From: Haliotis rufescens | Lineage: Eukaryota | Assembly: GCF_023055435.1 (NCBI RefSeq) | Contig: NW_025964001.1 | Coordinates: 42,780,001-42,844,000, forward strand | Direction of reading: 5' to 3' | DNA: 64,000 nt | In this document: positions 11,878-25,664 of the stretch, in pieces | Numbering within the stretch: the stretch's first letter is position 1 | Layout of the letters: each line of letters starts with the position of its first letter | Notes under the pieces: model-generated | What the model was told of the DNA's origin: nothing | Seen by the model: only the letters and a program-made list of their open reading frames with translations | Database searches by the model: none | Translations under genes and position numbers: made by a program

Positions 11878-12095
11878 GTGAGTGAGTAGTTTTTAAAGCC
11901 GCTTTTAACAGTATTACAGTTATATCACGGCGTGTCAGCTTAATGTGGGAGGAAAGCCCGAAGTGATGCAGGTCTCAGACGTTTACCCACGAGCACGGAT
12001 ATGGTGCTGACGAACCTAGAAACATAATCGGGGCAAACCGGGATTCGAACCCACAATCATAGGTTTCTGGCGTGCTCAAGGGACGCAACTCTGCA
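11878..12095 (-). mobile_element. SINE family D, 5'-truncated
   Basis: 13-bp TSD CAGCGGGAGAATA at 11865-11877 and 12096-12108; B box GGTTCGAATCCC on the minus strand. Confidence 0.8.
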
Positions 12096-12775
12096 CAGCG
12101 GGAGAATAAATCACGGCTTCGAAGCAAAAAGCCGCACGTTTCTTCCGAGTCAATGATAGTCCCCTTACATAGTTAACCACAGCTCAGTTGAACAGCTGTT
12201 TTGAATTTGTGTTAAGTCGCTAATTCTTTTACAAATCTTTTACAATGTCATATTTAAACATGTCGGTAAGATAATTCGTAATGGCCGTGTCACCCGAGTG
12301 ACACTGCTACAATTCATAGTATGACCTTAGATACTAATAACATAATAATGAGTCAAGGAAAGTAGATCCCTTACGGACCAACGCAATCCGTGGGTGATAA
12401 TGAAAATGTACTGCAATAGAAACAGCAGAAATTACATAATCTCAATTCCAGCATATCTGGTATGTTTTTACATATAAAGTTGCCCCCCTAGATTTTTTAT
12501 AGAAAACAGTTTTATTTGAATCAAGTCAATTATCAATAATTTGTATCCACAGCCAAAGTCATCTTTATCATTTTTTAGGCTTTATTTTCTTCCGACAGGC
12601 CATTCCCTATGACGTGAAGCATAATAAATATGGATGGAATTTGGGTGCTGTGTCGCGTGGCTCACCGAGCGTAGGCAGAGGGGCGGGGCGTAAGATTCAA
12701 GGGAGATAACTCTAATTTGACGTGTCGCGACCGACGCAAGGCTTTTGTGTTTTGCAGTGTCCGTGAAAGTCAACG

Positions 12776-15700
12776 ATGTCGATCAGTCAAGATTCGTTTG
12801 GTAAATCCGCGGTAGGAGAAGCCGTTACAAGGTGACAGTAGTATTGCACGCATACTTTGATTTCACGTGTCGTTAATGACATCTGACATCCATACGTAAA
12901 TCTACAGTTTGGAACCAAACAGACCTAGATCTATTTGAAACAACCAGTTGAACCACAGCACGAACCAGACGTGTCATTTCACTGTCTGGACGAGCGAGAC
13001 ACATAGTCCCTGAAATATGGTTATCTATACAGTTCAAAGAAATATGTCCTATGTGGGGACCCACAGTGTACCTCTCTTAATTTCAGGAGCATGGGCTGAA
13101 ACATTTGAGAAGGGGATGGGGGTAAATAGCGGTAAATAGAATCTAGTAGGCCTACCTAGTGTAGTGTAGAAAATTCTGGACTGACAATTTATTCATATGG
13201 GTCCAGTGTTTCAGTAATATCACTGAACCTGCTTCAGTGGCCCAGGGTTCACTCTAGGAAGGTTCTGACATGGGCCATTTATGTGAAAATTTCAAATATT
13301 CCAGAGGTACGCCCATACAGCACAATGTTAAAATACCCCCTTGTATTTGAAAATGTGGGCCGTTTTTTCATATTTAGGGGCTAAAAGCACAATGTCCCAC
13401 CCTAGAATTATCGCTGTGGCCTGTGGCTTAGAACTGGGGTCTATAAGAGGGTATACATACTCACTGTCAGACGGCGATAGGAAGACTAGATCTAGATTTT
13501 CATTGGATCCCCCAATAATATAGCTTTATCATATATCTGTCTGTTTTCTCATTTGTTTGTCTATCAACAACTGATACGATTATTCCGGAATCAGATTGTG
13601 TTTGGGTTGTGTGAGGAAACAGGTTAATATTACCATAAAACCAATTTGCAGCTTGTTCAACCCCCAAAGCTGTAAAGTTATCTCAATTTCCTAAAACTAC
13701 TTACATGTTTTATAAATATTGTTTGGCTTCAAGGTTATAGTTTATTTAATCTTACTGTAGTCTTGTGACTCTTTTTCCACAAAAACTTTTTAGCTGTGAG
13801 AAACATAAAGCAAAACCGTTTGAAGTCTATCAGTTGCTACAATAGATACAAGACATAGGCCAGTATAGTTATCATCATTTTACAGTGTGCCTTGCAAAGA
13901 TATACTACCTGTAGGCCTAAATACCAACATTGATGGCAGTGTGTATATTAAATACGCAACTTTGCCCTTCGTTGGTAATATGACAGGTTTTTCTTAGCCT
14001 GTTCGTGAAATACTTTCTTTTCTTTTAAATATCAGTCAGTGAAAAGTTAAAAATTATAATGGTCTACATTTGGAGCAGATCTGCACATGATTCATTTTTA
14101 AGCAGCTGATTACCGTATTAGACGTAATAAGTGCCCCACTCTAATAAGCCCCAACGGCGACATTTGCTAAGATATTGGCTAGTGAACAATCCCAATTAGC
14201 ACCCCTTCCGATTGATCAATGTACACAAGACTTATTTATTCGCGTATAATACGCACTCATGTGTTATATGCACCCTTAATTATGGGCATTTAATTCTGGA
14301 AAAATATATCTGTCGTACATAAACATTTCAGGCTGTCAGCATAAACCACGAAATTTATCTTTCAACTCTGTTTTTTTCACCAAAATAACATTCTAATAAG
14401 AGCCCCCTATTTCTAATTATTTCTTATTATATCGAAGATGGTATATTCATATAAAATTTTATGTTTTTTGCACCTTCATAATTTCAAAATGGTCTCAGAT
14501 TTCATTGTGGTGATCAAATTGATACATTGTGTTTGTAGGAAATAACTGAGCATGATATTGGATAAAAAATAACTTCACCCTCCTATGGTTTGATATCATA
14601 TATATTAACACTGGTCGAGAAAAGTAGAAAATGTCCTCTTCAGCAAGCCTCTAAATACTTGTGTTGATAAGTAATATCAAAAGACACTCAGATTATATTT
14701 CTGTTTATCTAGACAGTTTAAAATAATATATCAATGTAAACATCAATCCACAAAGTGATCTGTTTCCTAATTTCAGATACACGTTCCAGAACAAGAACAA
14801 CGTCCTCGTGAGAGTCCTAGATTATGGCGGCATCATCACTGACATCATCGTCCCGGACAGGAAGGGCAAGATGGAGGATGTCAGTCTCGGCTTTGATAAC
14901 ATGGAAGGTAGGGCCTGCAACAATAAATGTGACCAACTATGAGATAAGGGACCTTTGGGTGACAAATCAGATTTTGACTTCTCATTATATTTCAAAACTA
15001 CAGCATCTTCGGAACACAAAAATAGAATTCACAAGCTTCAATTTATATTTATTACAGAGATGCATGGCATCAAACATTTGGACTCATTTACTGACTTAGA
15101 ACTGTTAGTGCACAAATAATTGCAGTTTTTAGATATAATGTCTGTTCAATGGAAAATAGACATGTATGCCGAAAGTTTTTTTAAATGATTTTTCTATTAC
15201 ATTATGAACTAATGAGAGAAAAAAGATGTGTTTGTACAGTTTGCACACATTGCAATTTTTACTGAAGTAAGTTGACATCAGACGTCTTTATGACGTCACA
15301 GCACAATTGTATCCTAGCATCAATAAGGTCCCTTTTGTCCTGGTGGGTCACAATTGTAAAGTATTTTACTTCATTGAAAACTGTTTAGCATACTTCCATC
15401 ATGACACTCAAAGTATGTGTTATGTTTTAGAATTAATTGATGTATACTTCCAACATATGATCATTATAAATCAATGGCAGAAATATAAACTGAATCAATT
15501 AAAAACTACTGACATATTTTGTCTAAAAAAATCAAGCTAAAATATTTTCTACATTTTGTTGTTTGGACTTAAATTCAGGTGTGTTTGGAAGAAAGAACTG
15601 ATTAAGCTAATATTGACCTACATATTTCCGGTTAGGCTATGCTGGGGGTCCATACATGGGTGCTCTGATTGGTCGATACGCCAACAGGATCGCCGGTGGA

Positions 15701-18700
15701 CAGTTCACTCTAGATGGCGCCTCCTACTCTCTGTTTGTCAACAACGGACCTAACAGTCTGCATGGAGGAAAGAGAGGATTTGACAAGGTGAGAGTACACT
15801 GAGAATAAGCAAGTACACTGTTGGGCAAAACTTTAGCTAAATCTGCATTTTCCACTGGAACTTACGCAGTGTTGAAATACTTTTTAAACCCAACAAGACA
15901 GTAGGGTAGGTGCCCCAAAGTGTTGCCTGCCCATCTTCAAAATGACCTGCCCGCACTCAGACATTATAAATATTACAAAATTGCAAAAACTAAGAGACAA
16001 ATCAAGTCTTGATTCAGTTGAAATCATGCAAACAATTACTTGAGAATCTACCAGGAGTAATAAGAAAACTGAATAAGTAGTCTGAGAATTATCTGCCCAA
16101 CAGTCAGGTAGGTGGAGGAAAATTTGATGCAGCCTGACAGAAAAGGCAGCTATTTTGGACAGTGAACATATGTACATCTCAATATGATATCAGTATGAAT
16201 AACTGAAGCATGTGTCCTCCTTTGATGAGTAGAATTACCATTTTCTTAAACTGAATGCAAGGATCTGAGTGGTTGTGTTCTTTACGCATGTCTATTTGAC
16301 CTTCCATAGATTGGATTTGGTTCCTGCGAAGGTTTGGTTCCTGCGATAATTATTATTTCTTGGTTTGTCAGCACCATACATGTGTCCTTGGGTCCCATTA
16401 AAAAGGTAAACGTCTGAGACCTGCAGCACTTCAGGCTTTCCTCCCACATTAAGCTGACACTGAGATATCACTGGAATACTGTGCAAGGCAGTGTTAAACC
16501 ATATTCACACACTCTTGCGTCGGATCTGTGAAGATCCAGGATAGTATAGGTCTTCAGCAACCCGGGCTTGCTGTAAAAGGCGACTATGCTTGAAAGAAGC
16601 AAGTAAGGAAATCGGGTGGTCAGACTCGCTGACTTGGTAGATGCATGTTATTGTATCCCAATGGTGTGAATTGATGCTTATGATGTCAATCACTGGATTG
16701 TCTGGTCTAGACTCGATTATTTACAGACCAAGTGGTCATATAGGTGGAATATTGCCGAGTGCAGCATTAAAGAAAAAAAAAAAAAAAAAAAGCTCTTGCG
16801 ATCGGGTGGTTGATGCATGTCATCTGATCCCAGTTGCCTAGATCGATGTTTGTGATATCAATCACTGGACTGTCTGGTCCAGATTCGATTATCTACAGTC
16901 CGCCGTCATATAGCTGGAATATTGCTTAATACGGTGTTAAACAACAAACAAACAAACTCTTGTGATCGTACTTGAGGCACAAGAGATTATTTGAAGTGCA
17001 AAGTTGCTTTGAGACATGAGGCCCCATTCTGCATGTTTGGTGCCACGGCTGTCAAAACTCTTAAACAAGACTTTCAACAGTCATAATATGAAGCTTACAG
17101 GTGTTCCTCAGTAGAACAGGTTCTCAACTCTGAAATAACACTGTAGAACCCAAACAAATATGTCTTTAAAAAATTGTTTGTAAGTGTTTTAGCAACCCTC
17201 CATTGTTTGTATTTGTAAACTAACTTTTCATGTAAGTCAGATGTTGGAGTGTCTGGAATTGTGTTGGTTATGGCCCCACCCTGGTAGACTGGACGTACAG
17301 GTTGATTGCTTGGTATGACTTAGGGCCCTATTACGTATGGTGTGAAGGGCCAGTGAGAATAAGGGAAGAGTCTCCAAACTATACAGGTCCTTCATGGTCT
17401 TGAACAGAATACATATTTTTGAGTTTGGTGGGCCTATTTTGTTGAAATATTGATCATATCTGTGTCAGTTTCATAAAAAAAGTCTGCTTTGAAACATTTA
17501 TGTTCTTTGACTGGTAATTTCCGTGAATAGAGCTTCTGCCCAGAGAGCGGAAGGTCGGTGGCTTGATCCCTGGCCGTGTCATACATTCTGGAGCTTAACA
17601 TTAAGGGGCTAAAACAAGGACTGGGTGGCTCGGAGTCAGTATACTGTGTCTGAGTAGGGTATTCATGTTAAACTGTGGCATGGTATCTCAGTGGGTTAGC
17701 ACAATAAAACACATTAGCCCAGATTAGTACAAGCACACATATAACACACAAGTTCAATAATCATATTTAAACTCCATGTCATTATCATATCACCTGACAG
17801 GGAACACAACTTCTTCATTGTAATTTGTATATACAATGAAGAAGTTGTCATCCACATGATCCATTATCTTCCTTGTCATATGCCAACTTCTAAATGCCTG
17901 TAAAGAATCTCGCTACTGATATGGATCCCCAACACCTACTGAGGTTTATACTAACAGGGGCACTATGTTTCACCTCTCTAGCGACTATGGGAGGCTAAGG
18001 TTGATGGCAACAGACTGAGCCTCAAATATGTCAGCCCTGACGGTGAGGAGAACTACCCAGGGGAGGTAACTCTGACAGTCACATACGAACTGACTGATGA
18101 GAATGAGCTGATCATCGACTACACGGCAACATCGACCAAGGCAACACCTGTCAACTTCACCAACCACGCCTACTTCAATCTGGGAGGACATGTGAGTTGC
18201 TTTGGGAACAATTAATCATGCATGGTCTGGTATTTATGTGTTTAAATATAACATTTAAACTCAACGTTGTAGATGTCAAAAGGGTCAAGTGTCACTGGTC
18301 AGTTAGGAAGTCAAGTTTTGAAATCATACTGTGCTGGGTTCAATAGACCATCATGTAAAATAGAATGAAATAAGCTTTGTACTTACTATTCTTGGTATTC
18401 CAGGAAGAGTTATTGCAAAGTGTTATTAAGGATTGACTTCAATATGTTTTTGCCTTTATGGAGTTACATATACTGACATGTTGAAGTATATTCTTATAAA
18501 TATATATGTCAATAGAATAAGACTTTAATATATTTAATCAATAACACACAAAAAATGTAGACAACTGTATGAAATCAGTGACATCATTCAGAGTAATATT
18601 TAACGCAACATAAGCACCGCCCATTTTATTCTCAGCCAGTCAGCGAACAGTAGTCTGCTTTTGGGCTTGGCCTAAAAAATTCAAAAAAAGAATCGCTTGG

Positions 18701-20875
18701 CTAGCCAATAAAATGCCATGGAATTGCAATTTATATATTGAGCTTAATATTAACTTCAGTAACATTACAGCAATGTGTCATCTTTTATATCAATTCATGT
18801 GTGTCAAATTTATTGCCATATATATATGTTGTACTGCATTGCAGTACATGAAAATAATAGATCACTGTCATATAGCTGAAATATTGCTGAGTGCAGCAAT
18901 AGACAACAAGCAAACAAACAATTGTGAATATGATGGTGCATTGTTGTGCTTCTACTGAAGACTGCACATATAGAAAACATCATTCAGCTCCCTATGGCTG
19001 ATAGTTTGATATAATGATGTTTTATAAATGAAATTACAAAATCTCTTGGCAGGCATCAGGGAAGGTTGACGATCATCTTGTACAGATCAATGCGGAACAT
19101 TTTCTGCCCCTGGATGAAAACTCTATTCCTACAGGTACAAAACCCTTATGTGATCTGCATTTCAATACTACACTTGTGTCAGCTGCTGTAACCCATCTCT
19201 ACGCTGCTGCTCCCTATAAATGATTTTTTATAGACTTTTGGGTACAAAGAACTTAGGGCTATTCTATGATGATTTCCAGGGTTCCAGATCCAAATCAGCA
19301 CCACAACTTATATGCTTCTACAACGTGCATGTATCATGATCTAACTTATCTTATACACAATCAAATTCACTGTCTGAACACATTATTTATCTATTCTAGG
19401 TGAGATCCGGGGCGTGGAGGGAACAGAATGGGACCTGAGGACCCCTGTACGACTTGGGGACCGACTTGGACAGGTGCCCGGTGGAAAAGGATTCGACCAC
19501 AACTTCAACCTGTCCCTGTCTGGAGAAAGGCGTCTTGCAGCAAGGTGAGAAGGCAAATTATTAGGAGTAATGAATATTTTCAAATCAAAAACATGATAAG
19601 CATGATGGCACATTTCAAGATAAGTTCAACACAAGCATACATTTTGGATGTCTGAACTGCATGTGATGAAGGTGAAGTGTGATAAAGTGTTTTGTGCCAA
19701 CAGAGTGGAGCACCCCCCGAGTGGACGGTGGATGGAGTGCTACACCACAGAGCCAGGGGTGCAGTTCTACACCAGCTTCTATCTGCAGGACCTCGCGGGG
19801 AAGGGAGGGGCCAACTACTCCCAGTACGGAGGATTCTGTCTGGAGGCTCAGCACTACCCTGACAGCATCAATCAGGTGGGTCAGCACTACCCTGACAGCA
19901 TCAATCAGGTGGGTCAGCACAACCCTGACAGCATCAATCAGGTGGGTCAGCACCTGACAGCATCAATCAGGTGGGTCAGCACTACCCTGACAGCATCAAT
20001 CAGGTGGGTCAGCACTACCCTGACAGCATCAACCAGGTAGGTCAGCACTACCCTTACAGCATCAATCATGTGGGTCAGCACTACCCTGACAGCATCAATC
20101 ATGTGGGTCAGCACTACCCTGACAGCATCAACCAGGTAGGTCAGCACTACCCTTACAGCATCAATCATGTGGGTCAGCACTACCCTGACAGCATCAATCA
20201 GGTGGGTCAGCACTACCCTGACAGCATCAACCAGGTAGGTCAGCACTACCCTTACAGCATCAATCATGTGGGTCAGCACTACCCTGACAGCATCAATCAG
20301 GTGGGTCAGCACTACCCTGACAGCATCAACCAGGTAGGTCAGCACTACCCTTACAGCATCAATCAGGTGGGTCAGCACTATCCTGACAGCATCCCAGCAT
20401 CAGCGTCTGTATGAAAGTCATTCTGCTTTGGAGTTAAAACTTCAAGTGGCCTGTTGAATTTCTGATAATGATGTAGACATGGAATTTATATAATTTTTTT
20501 GTATTGTATAAGAGGGCCCATTTTACTAGCTGGAGACATAATAAAACTAAATATTGTTTTGTTTAATTTATTTCTTAGACCGGAAGCTTTTTAGTAGAGG
20601 TGGCGGGCCCGTGAAATGATAAATAATACATGTATGGCCTTAGATTCATCGGATGAAACCAATGTTATGAAGATGTCTTTCTGTGGGATGACCGTTCTGA
20701 ATAAGGTTAACCAACTAGTGATATCAATGTTGCAATACACATGACCAGTGCTGGCAATGCATCACCTTCTGCAGGCATAAGGTTTCTGTTTCAGCCAAGT
20801 TTCCCAAACTGTATTCTACGTCAAGGGGAAACATACAGACAGACGACATCTTACAAGTTCGGCATCAGCAGCTAA
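12776..20875 (+). CDS. GALM: Aldose 1-epimerase / galactose mutarotase, copy 1 (intact, 342 aa); exons 12776-12831, 14777-14907, 15636-15787, 17982-18191, 19053-19134, 19400-19544, 19704-19875, 20795-20875
   Basis: Eight exons with GT-AG sites give a 1029-nt ORF. Motifs [30 protein letters not shown] (catalytic His), [21 protein letters not shown] (catalytic Glu). CpG/GC-box-rich segment just upstream (~12650-12740). Confidence 0.95.
16310..16511 (+). mobile_element. SINE family D fragment
   Basis: GTAAACGTCTGAGACCTGCAGCACTTCAGGCTTTCCTCCCACATTAAGCTGACAC is the reverse complement of the family D body at ~11935-11987. Confidence 0.6.
16521..16957 (+). mobile_element. SINE family C: one near-full copy (to ~16791, poly-A tail) followed by a partial copy
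   Basis: GTGAAGATCC...GGTCTTCAGCAACCC...GGATTGTCTGGTCTAGACTCGATTATTTACAGACC...GGAATATTGC; the second copy ends in (CAAA)n. Confidence 0.75.
17526..17750 (+). mobile_element. SINE family B, partial
   Basis: GGGGCTAAAACAAGGACTGG...GGAGTCAGTATACTGTGTCTGAGT...GGCATGGTATCTCAGTG is shared with 26081-26424. Confidence 0.75.
19849..20393 (+). repeat. 33-bp splice-donor-spanning tandem array at GALM copy 1 exon 7/intron 7
   Basis: Unit CAGCACTACCCTGACAGCATCAATCAG|GTGGGT (27 exonic + 6 intronic nt), about 16 units. Confidence 0.95.
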
Positions 20876-21039
20876 TTGCTTTACAGCTGGAACAGTCAAT
20901 GAATTCGATCTTTTTCAAAATGCACACTGACAACACTGGGAACTTTCAAGGGCTACTGAGTTCCTCCAGCCTGGACAGTATCTTAGTGTAGGAGCAGGTC
21001 TCGGGATTTCATATGAAGAAGTAGTGACTTTATGATGTA

Positions 21040-21592
21040 CAATCTCATTCAAATCAGATCTCAGTTCCCGCTGCCACTTAACAGTGATCAGAGGACATCC
21101 CATTACGGGTCAGGTCAGAACAACCTTTCATCCGACCAATCAGAGAATCGCTTACTAGATCAGGAAAGTGAAAGTTGGAATGTGTTTTCTAATCAAACAA
21201 TCTCGAAAAAATTTAACACAGGGTATTCTGAATGCCAGTTATGGACTTTGTGACTGATTCTGTCAAAATCATCCTCTATCTCTCGCTTCAATGAGATAAG
21301 CATTCCCCGTGCAAAGTGCTCTCATACAATCTACGCCATCTATTTTGTTCTGTTTTCAAATTTTGAATCAAGACTTGTCAAGATATTTGTCAAAGCCAAG
21401 TCGCCAGTTTGAAACTTGTGTCGTATATCTGGAGAATGCTGCTTTCTGATTGGCTAATGCCGACGTCATGTTAGTCATTTCATTGGTCGGTCAAAGTTCG
21501 CTAAAGGATGTTCTGACATGACCCATTATGGGATGTTCTGAAATCTGTGTTTAGTGGTACCGAGAAACTAAGATCTGAATTTAATGAGGTTG
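21040..21592. mobile_element. MITE-like element with ~100-bp imperfect terminal inverted repeats in the GALM1 3' region
   Basis: CTCATT..ATCAGATCTCAGTT...ACATCCCATTACGGGTCAGGTCAGAACA is mirrored by TGTTCTGACATGACCCATTATGGGATGT...AACTAAGATCTGAATTTAATGAG. Confidence 0.6.
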
Positions 21593-22565
21593 GATGATGT
21601 AAGACTGTTTAGACAGTAGATATTTATTGTCCCAATGTTCTTGGCAGCTACTTCTACCTGGGAGGTTTTTATATGTTACTATGGTTATTTGTTATACATA
21701 GTTTAATCATGTATGAGATTCCATATTTTGAGAAGGTTGTTGTGAGTTGATTTGCATGTAGTTGAAGAATGTTGATGATTTGAGAGACACTATAATGTAC
21801 ACAGCCTCTTCAAGAGATCATCAGGCCAACACAGTCATCACAGTCTCATTGTCAAATCTGACTTTGGTTGATGGTCCAAAATTGATGTTGGGAAGGTTTA
21901 CAATGAACCACAGTGATCAATGCTTTCCCTCAAGTGAAAGGGGGACATCATTTGGTATTCTGAGCAAATACCGGTACATACAAATGCAATTTATCAAAAG
22001 ATTGTTTTTAAGCATCAGTTCAAGAATCCATCACCAAAAAAGTGATAAAAAAAGAGTAAGGCTTAAAAAATAACAGAGTTGGTTCTCAGGAGATGACTTT
22101 TGAAAATATAGTGCTGGCGGTGTTTTTTTTGTTTTTTTGCTTTTTCAATCTAGTATGTAACCAAATAAACAGTATGTGTACCATCAACCTGGGAAAGGGC
22201 CTCCCTACATAAACAAGCACACAAACTCCTATTGCCGCCATGACAACATAAACATGAGATGTGCAGTAAAGCAGTACGCATGTAACGGGAAGTAACTATG
22301 TTGTATTGGATCACATTGTTATTAAGTATTAGGATTTCTTTTTTATATATATATAGAAATAAAAGTTAAACGTGCTGCAGACTTTATGATGATGCGGGCG
22401 GTGCCTGAGAACCAAGACTATAATTTCTTTTAGCCTCAAGAGATGTATTGTTATAGAACTCACATTAACTATTTATGTATACTATTCACCCAACCAATTC
22501 TATCTTCCTTGCAACCCGAGCTTGGCCATGACCTGGATTCCTGTACTGTGCTGTGGCTGCAAGTC

Positions 22566-22652
22566 CATCTTCCTGAGGCAAGGGAGTTAACGGACTAGAA
22601 ATGTCCCGTTTCCACTTTTACAGTCAGTTAACTCCCTTGCCTTGAGAAGATG
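22566..22652. mobile_element. Minimal (87-bp) CATCTTCC...GAAGATG MITE
   Basis: Consists almost entirely of the two TIRs; 9-bp flanks CTGCAAGTC / CTACAATTC. Confidence 0.75.
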
Positions 22653-23831
22653 CTACAATTCCTGTTCCAAGGTGCTGTCAAATATTTTATGGTTATATAG
22701 GAACACTTAGAACAAGCTTGCATTTAGCACAGTTGAAGGATTACATTTTGTTAAAGCCAATATCTTGCTCCACAGTCTTTGTATGTCTGAGGTTATTTTG
22801 GTATATTCTGAGTTTGATTGAATGGCATCATTGAGAATTGATTTTGACAACACTTTGAACAGTATGTCTCTCATATTGGGTGGTTTGACTCGATCACTGG
22901 GTGTTGACTTATTGTATTCCTGATTGTAAAGATTATTGCTCATGTTTCCAGCTACTTGCTTGACAGGTCCATATTCAGTAATTTTGTGAGTGATATGGCT
23001 GTCACGTTGCTGAATGTCGCACTCAGTCTTATATTGTAACTTGTGGGGGGGCTCTACAGATAGCAAGTCGCTCAGGTCATTCGCCCATGACCAGAAAAGC
23101 ATGCTAAGGACCAGCTAAGGGAGGCAACTCTATACAGCATAGCTTACAACCCCAGTCTGACAGGCACAATTACCCTCTTCATAATGAATTAATAAATCAA
23201 TACAAGTTAATCAGCGTGAATGGTAATGAAAAAAACTGAAATACACTGAGCTGAATGTGTCGACTACCTTGTTCTTGTCAGGTTTAGGACTGAACTGAAA
23301 GTCTTTACTAGCCTGGGTAAAGATAAAAAGATGTAATGTTATAATAATGGAGAAATTTTGGAATTTGTCCTAGACCCGGGCTAGGAGGCTTCAGGGAAGT
23401 TGTAACCCTGTCTGGCGTTGATGATCGGTTTTATGAGATGAGGCGTTCCATGACTGTAAATAGATATTCACAGGTATATACCACTCATTGTTAAGTTTCT
23501 GAAGTATTCTTGGCACCAAGTGCAATTGTTATATTTTGCAAGAGAAATCTAAGTTTTATTGAGAGATTATCTAGGATGGCACTAATGTGTAAAGATCCAA
23601 GACATGTGACAGCAGTTTAGTGTTCACAGTACCAATGTATTAAACTGTAGGAAGGAAAGAACATGTTGCCTCTGCTTTTGTCACAGCACAGCTGCTTGAA
23701 TGTCAGTCTTCGTGTCATTTTAATGACAGAATCTGTATGAACCCAAGAGAAGTTCAAGAAAGTATAAGTCATTCAAACACTTCTTGTCAACTTGTATGTC
23801 ATTATGTGTGTCAATCTACAGGTATGATCCT

Positions 23832-24640
23832 CCTAATTACACAGAGACAATGCCTCGGTTCTTAAAATCGGACTAATTACACAGAGATAATGCCTCAGGT
23901 CCACACATGGCACTAATTACACGGAGACAGTGCTTCAGTTCTACAAATGGCACTAGCTACATACAGATAATGCCTCAGTTTTTCAAATGGCACTAATTAC
24001 ACGGAAACAATGCCTTACTTCTACAAATGGCACTAATTACACAGAGACAATGCATCAGTTCCACAAATTGCGCTAATTACACAGAGACAATGCCTCGATT
24101 CAACAAATGGCACTTATTACACGGAGACAATGCCCCGGTTCTACAAATGGCACGATTTACACGGAGACAATGCCTCGGTTCTACAAATGGCACGAATTAC
24201 ACAGAGACAATGCCTCGGTTCTACAAATGGCACTAAATTCACGGAGACAATGCCTTAGTTCTACAAATGGCACTAATTACGCAGAGACAATGCATCAGTT
24301 CCACAAATGGCGCTAATTACACAGAGACAATGCCTCGGTTCTACAAATGGCACTAAATACACGGAAACAATGCCTTACTTCTACAAATGGCACTAATTAC
24401 ACAGAGACAATGCATCAGTTCCACAAATGGCGCTAATTACACAGAGACAATGCCTCGATTCGACAAATGGCACTTATTACACGGAGACAATGCCTCGGTT
24501 CTACAAATGGCACTAAATACACGGAGACAATGCCTTAGTTCTACAAATGGCACTAATTACGCAGAGACAACGTCTCAGTTCCACACATGGCACTAATTGC
24601 ACGGAGACAATGCCTCAGTTCTACAAATGGCACTAATAAT
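23832..24640. repeat. 40-bp minisatellite (CTACAAATGGCACTAATTACACGGAGACAATGCCTCGGTT)
   Basis: About 20 tandem units. Confidence 0.92.
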
Positions 24641-24659
24641 ACTGATAATAATAATATTA

Positions 24660-25122
24660 CGAGAATTTAGTAAGGCATTTCAACGTTGCCCAATTTCCCG
24701 CCTTTGCGTACGATATCGGTGACATAAGTCGCATAAGATGAGGAAGACCCTGCATCAACCCAGCAGCCCAGGGTCGGGACTTCCGGGTCCTACATCTTCG
24801 ACACAGTACACTCGCTTAAACGACCCGTAATTGCACAGACAGTCCGTAAATGATTACAAGCTGCCGGAATCCGAGAAAGACGGTCCGACGTTTGTGCTCT
24901 CCGACGTTTGTGCTCTTTCACGTCAACGTGATCAACTTCAACTTACCCAACGTCGGTCTAGCGTTTGGTTTAGTGACGAATCCGTTTTTCTGCTTCAAAG
25001 GAGACATGGGCAGATCCGTGGGTATGGGCGAGGGAATGAGCGTTATACCGGATGTTGCGTACAAGAAGTCGACAGATTCGGCGGAGGAAGTGTCATGGTG
25101 TGGAAAGACATCTCTTTTGGGC
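24660..25122 (+). mobile_element. Decayed Tc1-family transposase fragment
   Basis: VWFSDESVF...GNERYTGCCVQEVDRFGGGSVMVW contains the first catalytic Asp motif; homologous to 33986-34970. Confidence 0.8.
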
Positions 25123-25126
25123 GAGG

Positions 25127-25266
25127 GGGGCACGGGTGGCCCAGTCGTCTAAGGCGCCGCGATTCGCTGTGCAGTGTTGCGTCCTTTGGGCACGTCAGAA
25201 ATCTATGATTGTGGGTTCGAATCCCGGTTCACCCTGATCATGTTTCTAACTTTGTCAGCACTCACT
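25127..25266 (+). mobile_element. SINE family D head (tRNA-Leu-like, widely spaced A and B boxes)
   Basis: TGGCCCAGTCGTCTAAGGCGCC ... GTGGGTTCGAATCCC. Confidence 0.7.
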
Positions 25267-25664
25267 CTTTTGGGCGAAGAGCAGATATTGTTTAAAAATT
25301 CAGGGCAACGCAACAAGTGTGCGTCATCGTTATGAGATTTTACGGCCTCATTTTGTCCCGGCTGTGCAAGCTCCAGGCGTCGTTTTACAGCATGACAGTG
25401 GTCATCCCCACACTGCAAACATCTGAGCTTATTCTCTGAGAGTACAGAACATAAAATTACTCATGTGGCTGTAATTTATTGTGACTATCCTGCCTATCCA
25501 TGGGAAGGTAGTTGCCTTCTCCATCTCAAAACCCACAGTTCATGGCAACAAGAGATATTTCTTTGTTTTTATTCTTTTCATCCTCTTCTATCGTTATGCA
25601 AAACAAAAAAATCATTCCAGTTGGTACATAACTTTATTTCAAGAGAAAGATGGATTGATAATAC

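Noticed and set aside
17985-18191. Minus-strand ORFs repeated at 17985, 27611 and 43534
   Set aside because: These are antisense shadows of GALM exon 4.
22707-23102. 131-aa minus-strand ORF
   Set aside because: No recognisable motif or splice context; possibly TE debris, but I cannot support a call.
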